Below are positions 17,698 to 25,728 of a stretch of DNA of 26,339 nt, in pieces (the stretch's first letter is position 1; every line of letters starts with the position of its first letter). The DNA is from a virus (lineage: Duplodnaviria; Caudoviricetes). The notes beneath the pieces were generated by a model. That model made no database searches. It was not told the DNA's origin and worked only from the letters and a program-made list of their open reading frames with translations. The stretch covers positions 1-26,339 of the IMG/VR virus record IMGVR_UViG_3300025519_000011; one strand, given 5' to 3'. The position numbers and the translations under genes are program-made.

Positions 17698-19069
17698 TGT
17701 CATCCTCACCGCCTAGAGGTTCAAGGTTCATTTCCTCTTCCTCTTTTTTCATTTCTTCTAATTCGTAATCTACATCATCAACAAAAGATAATAGCGACAA
17801 GCGTGTTCTCTCACTCACTTGACCTCTTAGTTGCGCTGTTGTTTGGGCTTCATCCAACAAATTTACAGGTAGGTTGCGTTTGAAGCTAAACCAAACCTTT
17901 AAGTAATCATCTTTACTGCATATGCCTTTTTTAGCCCAAGCTGAACAGAGCAACTTAAACTGATAGCGTAAAGCGGCGGTCATTTTGCGTTCCATCGTAA
18001 TCGATTTATTTTCTAGTGCCATGATTTTAAACTTCATGGCCACTCCCGATAAATTGCCGGAAAAGGCTTCGTCGGTAAAATTAACTGATTTTGCAAAACG
18101 AATGATATTTTTTTCTATTCGATCTAAATGGTGTTCAATCAAAGCGTCATTAATATCTTTAGTCAGATACTTAACGTCGTCTTTTTCGTCAAACAACTCA
18201 AAGATACCAGCTTTTTTCACTTGAGCTAATGTTTCTTCATCAGCACCTAATCCTTTTAAAATTAAGTACGCTAAACGATATTGTTCAATTTCATTACTTG
18301 CATCTGAAATTGTACGGTCATAGGCGTCAATCAGTTTCAAGACCTTTTCGGCATCACCCATCAACTCTTTATTATTCGGAATCCCAAACAACGGGCAATA
18401 ATCAAATAAGTGCGGTTGTTCGCCAACATACTGCAGTTTTTGTTCGCCTGTAGATTCAAAAAAATAAACGTTTGTATCATCATAAAATTCTGCCTTACGT
18501 TTTGAGATTTTGGCACTGTTTAGCCAATCATAAACTGTGTAATACCTTAAGGCATACTGCGGTTCTGTCATATCAGTTGCAGAAAGGATAATGGTTTCCC
18601 ATGGATCTACATTCATGATTCGTTCTTTTCCGTCTACATCAACATAAGAAAGCCTTGCAGCATAACCACAAATAGCCGCCATTTTCCCTGTTTCCGAATC
18701 GACATCCTCTACGTTATTACGCAATAAGAATTTCTCAATTTCCCTTTGCCATGGCGATTGTTTATCATCGATACTGTATGAAATCGGATAACCAAACATA
18801 TATCCTGTTTTTGTATCGACAATATCTGCGTCAAATGCATTATTTAAACGATTGTTTACCTTATTATCAATCCGTTTAATAGTAGCTGTTTCAAAATCCT
18901 CATATTCAACAGGTGTTCTTTGCAATATTGGGACACCTTCTAAACTTGCCTTGTATCGTTCATATAAACGTTTCATACGCTTATGGTCTGGTTCATGGTC
19001 CTTAATCATCATTTCGACGATATCGGCTGTAATATGGTTGTTTTTTAATAGATTAAGATATTCGTTCAT
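17666..19069 (-). CDS. Portal protein (SPP1 gp6-like)
   Basis: IVDTKTGYMFGYPI, LIDAYD, GNLSGVAMKFK, FKRNLPVN. Confidence 0.95.
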   Translation of the reverse strand: MNEYLNLLKNNHITADIVEMMIKDHEPDHKRMKRLYERYKASLEGVPILQRTPVEYEDFETATIKRIDNKVNNRLNNAFDADIVDTKTGYMFGYPISYSIDDKQSPWQREIEKFLLRNNVEDVDSETGKMAAICGYAARLSYVDVDGKERIMNVDPWETIILSATDMTEPQYALRYYTVYDWLNSAKISKRKAEFYDDTNVYFFESTGEQKLQYVGEQPHLFDYCPLFGIPNNKELMGDAEKVLKLIDAYDRTISDASNEIEQYRLAYLILKGLGADEETLAQVKKAGIFELFDEKDDVKYLTKDINDALIEHHLDRIEKNIIRFAKSVNFTDEAFSGNLSGVAMKFKIMALENKSITMERKMTAALRYQFKLLCSAWAKKGICSKDDYLKVWFSFKRNLPVNLLDEAQTTAQLRGQVSERTRLSLLSFVDDVDYELEEMKKEEEEMNLEPLGGEDDNEPTGNRGIS

Positions 19070-19077
19070 GGTCTCGC

Positions 19078-20331
19078 CTACCTTTTTCTAAAATAAGAAT
19101 GCAAGGCGTAACGTTCCTCGTCCATAGCGTGGTTATTTTCGTCTAAAGGTTGATCCTTTTTAGCTTTTGGATCATCTTTTTCGGGGTAACTATACGTTAG
19201 TTTTTCATTAATGGTATTTACGCAATCTTCACAAATGAGATATTCATCATTTTTGTGTAATATCATTACTGTATTCAAGCCAGCATTTATTTCTTTTACT
19301 GCACCTTTTGCTCTTAAATGCATTTTTCGAAACATCATAATTCGGTCTGGTTCAGCACTATCACAATAAATAATTTTTAATTTCTTCCCTAACTTCTTTT
19401 CCCAGCTTAAAAACCAATTAGCAATATCTTCGGTTTGTTTCTTAGTCTCATAAAATTCAGCTATTTTGACTGCCTTTACTTTTCCTCGGGATAATCCATA
19501 AATACCTCCAGCCATGGGAGCCGTGTATCCCCAGTCAGCACCACCGATGAAAGCATAAAATTCATTATTTCTAATCATTTCTTTTACTTTTTCTCGGCTG
19601 ATTACATGCTTTTCTTCTTTAAAATCCTCGTATACAAGGCCTTCTGCAATAACCCATTTACCGAGTATATAGCGCAAATAAAAAACTCCTGAAAACATAC
19701 GTTTCAAACGCTCTTTTACTTTTTTTGATAGTGATAGGTTATCATCCATTGTAAAGTGCAAGACCAAGAAGTTTTTTTCATCCGGATTATCAATTATTTC
19801 AGTTTTCAACCAATGTTTCGGGTGTCCAGGGTTACAGTTAAAGAAGTATTTCGCACCCTCAACCGAACAGCGGCCCATTACCTGGTCAACAAACGATTTC
19901 GGCATAAGGGCTACTTCGTCCAAGTAAGCCCCTGCAGCAGTTAACCCTTGGACCTTATCTTGTGATTTTTCATTATCTCCTCCAAAGACATAGTAAGTAT
20001 TGTTTCCAATTTCAATCCTTGGATCATCTGAACGGATATACTTATAGGGGATTCCTTTAGATGTTAATATCTGAAACATTGGATTCATAACGTTACGTTT
20101 TAAAGCTCCAATCGTTTTTCCACCAATTATAAAGTTCTCTCCATCAAACGTGTTCAATGACCACATAATAAAAGAGTCAATCATTGCTATTGTTTTCCCA
20201 GCACGAATAGACCCTTCGGCAATAACTCCATCTCTGTCTGAATAAGGACTAATATCTGGCATCCACCACGTTAATAATTGTATTTGCTTATCGGAAAATG
20301 GTTTGAATTGAAATCCTTTATTCCTCATCAT
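19078..20331 (-). CDS. Terminase large subunit (PBSX family)
   Basis: Walker A GSIRAGKT, Walker B AYLDE, NCNP, ADWG, DSAEP, NHAMD. Confidence 0.95.
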   Translation of the reverse strand: MMRNKGFQFKPFSDKQIQLLTWWMPDISPYSDRDGVIAEGSIRAGKTIAMIDSFIMWSLNTFDGENFIIGGKTIGALKRNVMNPMFQILTSKGIPYKYIRSDDPRIEIGNNTYYVFGGDNEKSQDKVQGLTAAGAYLDEVALMPKSFVDQVMGRCSVEGAKYFFNCNPGHPKHWLKTEIIDNPDEKNFLVLHFTMDDNLSLSKKVKERLKRMFSGVFYLRYILGKWVIAEGLVYEDFKEEKHVISREKVKEMIRNNEFYAFIGGADWGYTAPMAGGIYGLSRGKVKAVKIAEFYETKKQTEDIANWFLSWEKKLGKKLKIIYCDSAEPDRIMMFRKMHLRAKGAVKEINAGLNTVMILHKNDEYLICEDCVNTINEKLTYSYPEKDDPKAKKDQPLDENNHAMDEERYALHSYFRKR

Positions 20332-21139
20332 TTCCCCACACTTCCGCCGCCTTACCTTTCAGCGCTTCGATATAAGAATCAACATCAGGTTTTTCTGGAG
20401 GAGCATTTTTCTTAGCCAATTCTTTTTCTTTGAGATCAAGTTCTTTTTCCTTAATTGCCATTTCATGTTTCGCTTTATCAATAGATACTTGCATATGTTT
20501 GAGTTTCAAACGGCGCTCGTCGTCCTCTGTCGCCATTTCGTTAAACTGTCTGATTAAACCTCTTAATTCTGACATAGCTCGAGATTGAGCGTTAAGAAAT
20601 TGTGCTTGCCTTTCCCACGCAAATTGGAATTCATATTCGATTTCTGTGCTGTCCATCTTATTAGTACTCATTGTTTTTTCCTTCTTAAGTTCTTTAATTA
20701 TTTCATCTTTGTCGGTGACAAACATGATTTTCTGCGCCCGGATGATAGCAGCATATTGAATCATGATTTGGTCCCAGATTAAATCAGCAGGGCTTTTTTC
20801 TTCCAACATGCCCATGATCTCAAGAGTTTCCGCTGGAATGTATTTGGAGAAGAAGCCGTGTTTTAATGCGTTTTGGTTTCCTGTAGGCGCTCCACCTTCA
20901 TTTCCAACTGCATTCTTATTACCTAATGGCGCTCCCCTTTTCCGTTTGGTAACGTTACCTTTTGATTTAGTAACGTTACTATTCAAAGCTTCATCCCATT
21001 TATCTTGATTTTTCCATTTTCGAATTTGTGAATCTGAAACACCCAGTTCGACGGCAATGTCTTTTAGCTTCTTTTTTCCGCCACTCTCTTTCCAAATATC
21101 GAATGCTTGATCTCTTTTTGGATTTCTTGGTCTTGCCAC
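20318..21139 (-). CDS. Terminase small subunit (HTH, YqaS-like)
   Basis: [42 protein letters not shown]. Confidence 0.9.
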   Translation of the reverse strand: MARPRNPKRDQAFDIWKESGGKKKLKDIAVELGVSDSQIRKWKNQDKWDEALNSNVTKSKGNVTKRKRGAPLGNKNAVGNEGGAPTGNQNALKHGFFSKYIPAETLEIMGMLEEKSPADLIWDQIMIQYAAIIRAQKIMFVTDKDEIIKELKKEKTMSTNKMDSTEIEYEFQFAWERQAQFLNAQSRAMSELRGLIRQFNEMATEDDERRLKLKHMQVSIDKAKHEMAIKEKELDLKEKELAKKNAPPEKPDVDSYIEALKGKAAEVWGNDEE

Positions 21140-21182
21140 GTCACATCACCGCCACCTCCGTCATATTTGAGTTGTTTTGGAC

Positions 21183-21211
21183 AAAAGAAAAAGCACCTCA
21201 AGGGGTGCTTT
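21183..21211 (-). terminator. Terminator closing the two-gene cassette
   Basis: AAAGCACC-CCTTGA-GGTGCTTT followed by TTCTTTT. Confidence 0.75.
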
Positions 21212-21228
21212 GATGTTTTAATTTTTTC

Positions 21229-21735
21229 CTAATTCCTATTATTTTTCAATTGAGGATTGTAAACATTGTTCGAATTGTATTCTTCGTCTTTATTATTGAA
21301 GAATATCAAAAATGATATGATGGTGAATAAAAAAATCGTACATATAAACATTACACATACTGATGACCAAAAAGAACTAATTAAATCCAAACACAAATTA
21401 CTTACATTTTTATTCTCTATCATTACCTGATAAACAATAGTAGTAATAACTGTTAAAAAACCAATAATTAATGTTGAACAAGCTATGATTATAAATTCCA
21501 TTCTATCTTCTTTATCTTTCATAATTCCCTTAACAACTTTTGTATTAAAAATTGATGCTAATACGCTCATACACGTGCCGTAAAAGCCTAAACTAATACT
21601 TGAAAATTGCAGAACGCTTTCTAATGCTTTATCAAAACCATCAATTTTATATAATGATGTAAATTTATAAACTAGCACTCCTGAAATTACTGAAATAATT
21701 AATGAGACACCAAAAACTTTATATGATATTCTCAT
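21229..21735 (-). CDS. Membrane protein with about 4 TM helices, second gene of an AT-rich moron
   Basis: Four hydrophobic stretches; starts 2 nt after the upstream stop; very AT-rich. Confidence 0.85.
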   Translation of the reverse strand: MRISYKVFGVSLIISVISGVLVYKFTSLYKIDGFDKALESVLQFSSISLGFYGTCMSVLASIFNTKVVKGIMKDKEDRMEFIIIACSTLIIGFLTVITTIVYQVMIENKNVSNLCLDLISSFWSSVCVMFICTIFLFTIISFLIFFNNKDEEYNSNNVYNPQLKNNRN

Positions 21736-21737
21736 TA

Positions 21738-22661
21738 TTAAGACTCCCTTAACACTTTATTTTTAAAACCTCCATCCTCAATATCAAATTTAAGCTTCAT
21801 TTTTTCGAAGACACTTATTGGATTTAAATGCCGATTTTCCCGATAATCAAACTCACAAAAAGTTTGGAGTTTATGATCGATTAAATCGATTGGCTCTACA
21901 ACATCATCCTCATTTTCTCTAGAACGAATACGGAGCTTTTGAACTTCAGGGTCGTCAATATATTCATCCAATATTTTTTTAGCGAAATCCTCGTCAATTT
22001 TTTCAGCCTTTTCTATTTTTGAATTGAAAATTATTTCAACTGAATCAACACCTTTGTTACCGCCTTTCGTAAATTTTTCCACAATACCATTAGCTTTATT
22101 ACCAGTTACTTTTATATGGATCTTACGGTATGCTGATTGATTAAACGCTCTTTTTTTGGCAGATGTATCAGAGACAATAGCAAGATTAAAAATTCCGTCA
22201 ATCTGACCTACATATCTATCAATAATAGTTCTTAGAAATATTTCTATTCCAGATGGTCCGAGTGAATCTCTATTCCTCTGTATCATAAATATTTGATGAT
22301 AGGGATCGTATAATACATTTACTTCAAATCCAATATATTCATCTTCATCTAAATCTAACGCTTGTGACTCACCATGTAGAGTTGTACGAGTAGGAACTTG
22401 ATAATTTAATCTTTCAAAGACCAGGTGATAGTATTCCGTATCTACATCAACTTCAATACTTGAAAGCCTGGCCGGTTCACCGTTGTAATTATAAACCAAT
22501 TTATGATTTTCAGTTTCTAAATCATTTATTTCTTTTGCTTGTGAATATTCGCCTCGGATTTTTTCAAAAATGTCTTTAAAATTAAATAGTTTTGTCTCAT
22601 CATCCTTCATTTTAATTATCGGTCTAAAAAAGTTAAAACCTACTTTTTTTATCTTTGACAC
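21738..22661 (-). CDS. Soluble ~307-aa uncharacterised protein (tentatively DUF6731-like), first gene of the moron
   Basis: Start reassigned to GTG 22661 (GGAGG 8 nt upstream). The family name is recalled resemblance and is not verified. Confidence 0.7.
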   Translation of the reverse strand: MSKIKKVGFNFFRPIIKMKDDETKLFNFKDIFEKIRGEYSQAKEINDLETENHKLVYNYNGEPARLSSIEVDVDTEYYHLVFERLNYQVPTRTTLHGESQALDLDEDEYIGFEVNVLYDPYHQIFMIQRNRDSLGPSGIEIFLRTIIDRYVGQIDGIFNLAIVSDTSAKKRAFNQSAYRKIHIKVTGNKANGIVEKFTKGGNKGVDSVEIIFNSKIEKAEKIDEDFAKKILDEYIDDPEVQKLRIRSRENEDDVVEPIDLIDHKLQTFCEFDYRENRHLNPISVFEKMKLKFDIEDGGFKNKVLRES

Positions 22662-22666
22662 TAGCA

Positions 22667-22714
22667 TCTCCTCCTCTGCCAACACAATTCGACAAAAGGA
22701 GGCGATTTTCCTGC
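22667..22714 (-). promoter_or_regulatory. Consensus SigH promoter with an embedded anti-SD
   Basis: GCAGGAAAA-N12-GTCGAAT; the spacer CCTCCTTTTGTCGA pairs with downstream TTGGCAGAGGAGG. Confidence 0.7.
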
Positions 22715-22733
22715 ATCTTTTGGTTTAAAAACC

Positions 22734-22760
22734 AAAAAACACCACCGAAAGGTGGTGCTT
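22734..22760 (-). terminator. Terminator upstream of the moron promoter
   Basis: CACCACC-TTTC-GGTGGTG followed by TTTTTT. Confidence 0.8.
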
Positions 22761-22818
22761 CAATCAGATATAGATGGTTTACCAACCCTGGAGCTTCTTC
22801 CGCTCCGTCCTACCTTCC

Positions 22819-22886
22819 ATTCTAGCATGCCGATTTTTCCTTTGTCGAAATTGTATCCTTTGGAACATTTGGAACATCTGGAACAT
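22819..22886 (-). promoter_or_regulatory. Putative late promoter with three activator-binding direct repeats
   Basis: TCGACA-N18-TAGAAT with extended TG; ATGTTCCA three times with 9-bp period at 22861-22886. Confidence 0.6.
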
Positions 22887-23280
22887 TTTTCGCTAATTGT
22901 TCCACTATAGAATCTTTCAACCTTCTAATATGAGAATGAGATAACCCCATATGCATTGCAATCCATCTGTAACTTTTCCCATCTAACAACCAGTGCAACA
23001 CTTCAAATTCACGCTCGTCTTGTATAACGTGAATGCGATCTTGAATCATTTTCACTTTCCGTTCATACTGCTCGATCTTTTTCCAGCGCTTTTCCCGGCG
23101 CAAATATTCTCTATAAATCGGATCACCGGTTACACCTTTTGGTTTTGGAAGAGATGCTTCAACGCCATATTGAGCAGTCAACCCCTCCCCGGCATCTTTC
23201 ATTGAATCTCTTAATATTTTTATAGAATTTATCATCCAATGATAATCTTTTAGGATTTGTTCGATTTCTTTCTTATTCAT
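22822..23280 (-). CDS. Late transcriptional activator (ArpU/RinA-like, sigma region-4 type HTH)
   Basis: Probable start MNKKEIEQILKDY at 23280; C-terminal LLDGKSYRWIAMHMGLSHSHIRRLKDSI; lies before terS. Confidence 0.8.
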   Translation of the reverse strand: MNKKEIEQILKDYHWMINSIKILRDSMKDAGEGLTAQYGVEASLPKPKGVTGDPIYREYLRREKRWKKIEQYERKVKMIQDRIHVIQDEREFEVLHWLLDGKSYRWIAMHMGLSHSHIRRLKDSIVEQLAKNVPDVPNVPKDTISTKEKSAC

Positions 23281-23407
23281 CCCGATCATCTCCTTGTTGA
23301 TCATGAGTAAACCCATAACGCTTAACGCACCGATAAAACGGACATAAATGCCCTTTTTGTAGCCAAAAACATCCTTTGCAATGGTCATTAGTCACTCTAA
23401 CTTTCAT
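23273..23407 (-). CDS. 44-aa Cys-rich protein, not in the ORF track
   Basis: MKVRVTNDHCKGCFWLQKGHLCPFYRCVKRYG...; RBS AAAGGAG; stop overlaps the activator start. Confidence 0.6.
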   Translation of the reverse strand: MKVRVTNDHCKGCFWLQKGHLCPFYRCVKRYGFTHDQQGDDRDE

Positions 23408-23427
23408 TACTTCATCTCCTTTCAAAC

Positions 23428-23467
23428 AAAAAAGGACACCAATCCCGCTAATGCGTGATCAGTGCCC
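23428..23467 (-). terminator. Terminator between the XtrA-like gene and the late activator
   Basis: GGGCACTGATC...GATTGGTGTCC followed by TTTTTT. Confidence 0.75.
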
Positions 23468-23489
23468 TCGGTTTTTCCGTTAGGCAAAT

Positions 23490-23678
23490 TTAAACTTTTT
23501 TCTTCACCGTAGTTTCAAATCTGTCTATTTTCCCTCCAATGGTAATTACAACTGTTTCACCGTAATCCGGCAATTCGTGTTCTATCAATCGTCCATCTTT
23601 CACTACATACATTTTTTTATTGTCCATCAAATCTATTTCAGCTGTCATTTTTTCTACGTCTATTTTCAAAAGGACCAC
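23490..23678 (-). CDS. XtrA/YqaO or DUF3954-like small protein
   Basis: AEIDLMDNKKMYVVKDG...P.YGE....GGK pattern. Confidence 0.7.
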   Translation of the reverse strand: MVLLKIDVEKMTAEIDLMDNKKMYVVKDGRLIEHELPDYGETVVITIGGKIDRFETTVKKKV

Positions 23679-23682
23679 CCCG

Positions 23683-23735
23683 TGTTAAAATTGTTATAGT
23701 CGAGTACATTCGCCGGGAGTGGTCCTGGCTTTTTT
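23683..23735 (+). ncRNA. Candidate short antisense RNA with promoter and terminator
   Basis: Extended -10 TGTTAAAAT (23683-23691), then GCCGGGA-GTGG-TCCTGGC-TTTTTT about 40 nt downstream. Confidence 0.4.
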
Positions 23736-23742
23736 ATATTTT

Positions 23743-23904
23743 TCACTTTCTTATTTTCGGTATTTCCGGTCCGCCTAGCCGTTTACAGTCATAACCCATT
23801 CGACTACTACACTTTCTATACAGCGGGCAAAACCAAGCGCATGTCATTACCTTATCTTCTTCTTTCATCCAAGGCTTTCTATCGTCGACAATAACAATAT
23901 CCAT
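23743..23904 (-). CDS. 53-aa Cys-rich protein, not in the ORF track
   Basis: MDIVIVDDRKPWMKEEDKVMTCAWFCPLYRKCSSRMGYDCKRLGG...; fills the gap in the operon. Confidence 0.6.
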   Translation of the reverse strand: MDIVIVDDRKPWMKEEDKVMTCAWFCPLYRKCSSRMGYDCKRLGGPEIPKIRK

Positions 23905-23913
23905 CCCCTAGCC

Positions 23914-24168
23914 CTACTTTCGTGTAAGTTGATTGATTTCTTCATTCAACCTTTTGATTTCTTGCTCTGCCTTGTATAGCAGGTTCTCTAAAATTGCGTT
24001 ATATGCTATCGCTTGGTCTTTAGCCTTAAGTGCATGTTCTAGTTGTTCTCTTAATGCCTCATATCGCTTTGTTATTGGCTCATTCTTGCCAATTAAGCTT
24101 GTCTGGGTATTATTTATCTCTGAGACTTTCAAAACGTCATATGAGCCATTTTTAAGGACTGACGACAT
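23914..24168 (-). CDS. Hypothetical coiled-coil phage protein
   Basis: In-operon ORF with RBS AAGGTG. Confidence 0.7.
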   Translation of the reverse strand: MSSVLKNGSYDVLKVSEINNTQTSLIGKNEPITKRYEALREQLEHALKAKDQAIAYNAILENLLYKAEQEIKRLNEEINQLTRK

Positions 24169-24169
24169 A

Positions 24170-24580
24170 TTATTTCACCTTCTTCGCTTGTTTTCTCTTT
24201 TTCTTTAATTCTTCTAGTTCAATCCATCCCCCATATTTCTTGACGTATGTAATTAAGGTGAGTTTATGGGGATATCTCTTTTCAAACAGTTTTTTCTTAA
24301 TTTTGAAGGCCTCTGTCTCCATACCTTTCACGTCCACAACCTCGATTGTTCCATCTAAGTGATGTATTTCAAAGTCGGCAATGTACTCTATTTTTCTATA
24401 AGTTCTACCGTTTTTCTTGAACGCTTCTTGGAGTAAATACTTTGGCTGTAACCGGAAAAACAGTATTTCTTTATGCTCCTGCAGCCATTTCAACCGTTGG
24501 TAATACCTAGCTTCAATCTGTGAATCGAATGTATATCCGTCTAGCTCTACTTTCTTGGAGTTATATTTTGTTGCTGTCAC
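24170..24580 (-). CDS. DUF1064-family endonuclease-like protein
   Basis: KYNSKKVELDGYTFDS..E, YIADF, VVDVKG, FKIKKKLF. Confidence 0.88.
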   Translation of the reverse strand: MTATKYNSKKVELDGYTFDSQIEARYYQRLKWLQEHKEILFFRLQPKYLLQEAFKKNGRTYRKIEYIADFEIHHLDGTIEVVDVKGMETEAFKIKKKLFEKRYPHKLTLITYVKKYGGWIELEELKKKRKQAKKVK

Positions 24581-24752
24581 GTAACCCCTTCCTTTCGCAA
24601 ACCATCAAACAAGATAATCCATATATGTCTCGTTTTACTTCACCCTTGATTTTCCAACCTCTCTTTTTATGTGCTTCTAAGTTCATGTGGAATGTGCTTT
24701 CCATATGCCCGGTAACAATTTTGTGTATTTTCCCGTCCTTGATCCACGCCAT
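24561..24752 (-). CDS. Hypothetical phage protein
   Basis: ORF translationally coupled to its neighbours. Confidence 0.6.
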   Translation of the reverse strand: MAWIKDGKIHKIVTGHMESTFHMNLEAHKKRGWKIKGEVKRDIYGLSCLMVCERKGLRDSNKI

Positions 24753-24961
24753 TAGTACCCATTCACCTGTCTTTCAAATTCTTTTGTTAGCTTTTCCCAA
24801 AATGCCTTTTCCACATTGTAAGGTTTTCTTCTCCTTACTCGATTGCTATGCCCTTTGATAAATTTTGGCTTATATCTTTTATGGTGTTTTTTATAATGTA
24901 TCTCTTGCCCACAGCCGCATTGACATATGAACCTTTCCAAATATATCACCTCAATAGCCAT
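24752..24961 (-). CDS. Small CxCGCG protein, probable homing-endonuclease N-terminal remnant
   Basis: CQCGCGQEI...KFIKGHSNR; no HNH core. Confidence 0.55.
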   Translation of the reverse strand: MAIEVIYLERFICQCGCGQEIHYKKHHKRYKPKFIKGHSNRVRRRKPYNVEKAFWEKLTKEFERQVNGY

Positions 24962-25529
24962 TGTTTTGCCGTTCGTGATTTATGCGATTTTTCTGTAGAT
25001 AACTTTGTTCAATTTGTTCCCATGTGAAGCCGAGCAATCCAGCTAAACCGAATAACAAGCTCCATATCCTTTCGTATTCACTCTCAACTTCTTCCCAATC
25101 ATTCTCACGATTTAGAACACTAGCAAAATAAGAAATCTGTCCAAATAACTCATTAAATTGAATTACTACATCGCCATAATTGATTGGTTCAGGGAATATT
25201 TCATGTTTAATTTCTATTTCAAGTCCAACCGATAAAGTGAAATGGACTACATCAACGTATTCTTCTAGGAGTGGGTTTTTGTGCGGATTAACATTCCATT
25301 CTGTAGGTGTTCCATCATCATCCCAATCGGTAGGAATACTTTCTACTGTTCTAGGCTCCTGGTCCTCACTCCAAAACTTAAACCCTCTCCATTCGTTTGC
25401 AAGTTCGCCGAGCTCTACTTGGAGAGCTAGTATCTTTTTAGGTAACAAATCCTGACCTTCAAGTCCTTTCTTCTTGACGATATGTTCATCCAGCTTTGCT
25501 TGTAATTCGAATAATTTATTCAAATTCAA
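24951..25529 (-). CDS. dut: Dimeric dUTPase (dUTPase_2, all-alpha)
   Basis: LALQVELGELANEWRGFKFWS, LLEEYVDVVHF, KNRINHERQNNGY. Confidence 0.92.
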   Translation of the reverse strand: MNLNKLFELQAKLDEHIVKKKGLEGQDLLPKKILALQVELGELANEWRGFKFWSEDQEPRTVESIPTDWDDDGTPTEWNVNPHKNPLLEEYVDVVHFTLSVGLEIEIKHEIFPEPINYGDVVIQFNELFGQISYFASVLNRENDWEEVESEYERIWSLLFGLAGLLGFTWEQIEQSYLQKNRINHERQNNGY

Positions 25530-25728
25530 TTTTCATTCCCCCCCCGTTTTTCTTTAACTGTTTACGTAATTTCTTAATCTCGCTTTTTAGATATTTAACT
25601 TCTACGGATTCAGATGGCTTAAAGCTAATATTCATGCTCTGTAGCAACTTGTTTAGCTTAGGGATAGATATGGTCTTTTGGTGTTTCAGCGCATGTTTTA
25701 GCTGTGCTTTTGCTTGTTCGTATTTCAA
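25516..25728 (-). CDS. Hypothetical phage protein
   Basis: Basic ORF coupled to its neighbours. Confidence 0.65.
   Translation of the reverse strand: MKYEQAKAQLKHALKHQKTISIPKLNKLLQSMNISFKPSESVEVKYLKSEIKKLRKQLKKNGGGMKIEFE

Noticed and set aside
22861-22886. CRISPR-like array
   Set aside because: 8-bp repeats with 1-bp spacing and no cas genes; better explained as operator repeats.
23281-23388. N-terminal extension of the 188-aa activator ORF in the track
   Set aside because: A better start exists at 23280, and the region is occupied by a 44-aa ORF in another frame with its own RBS.
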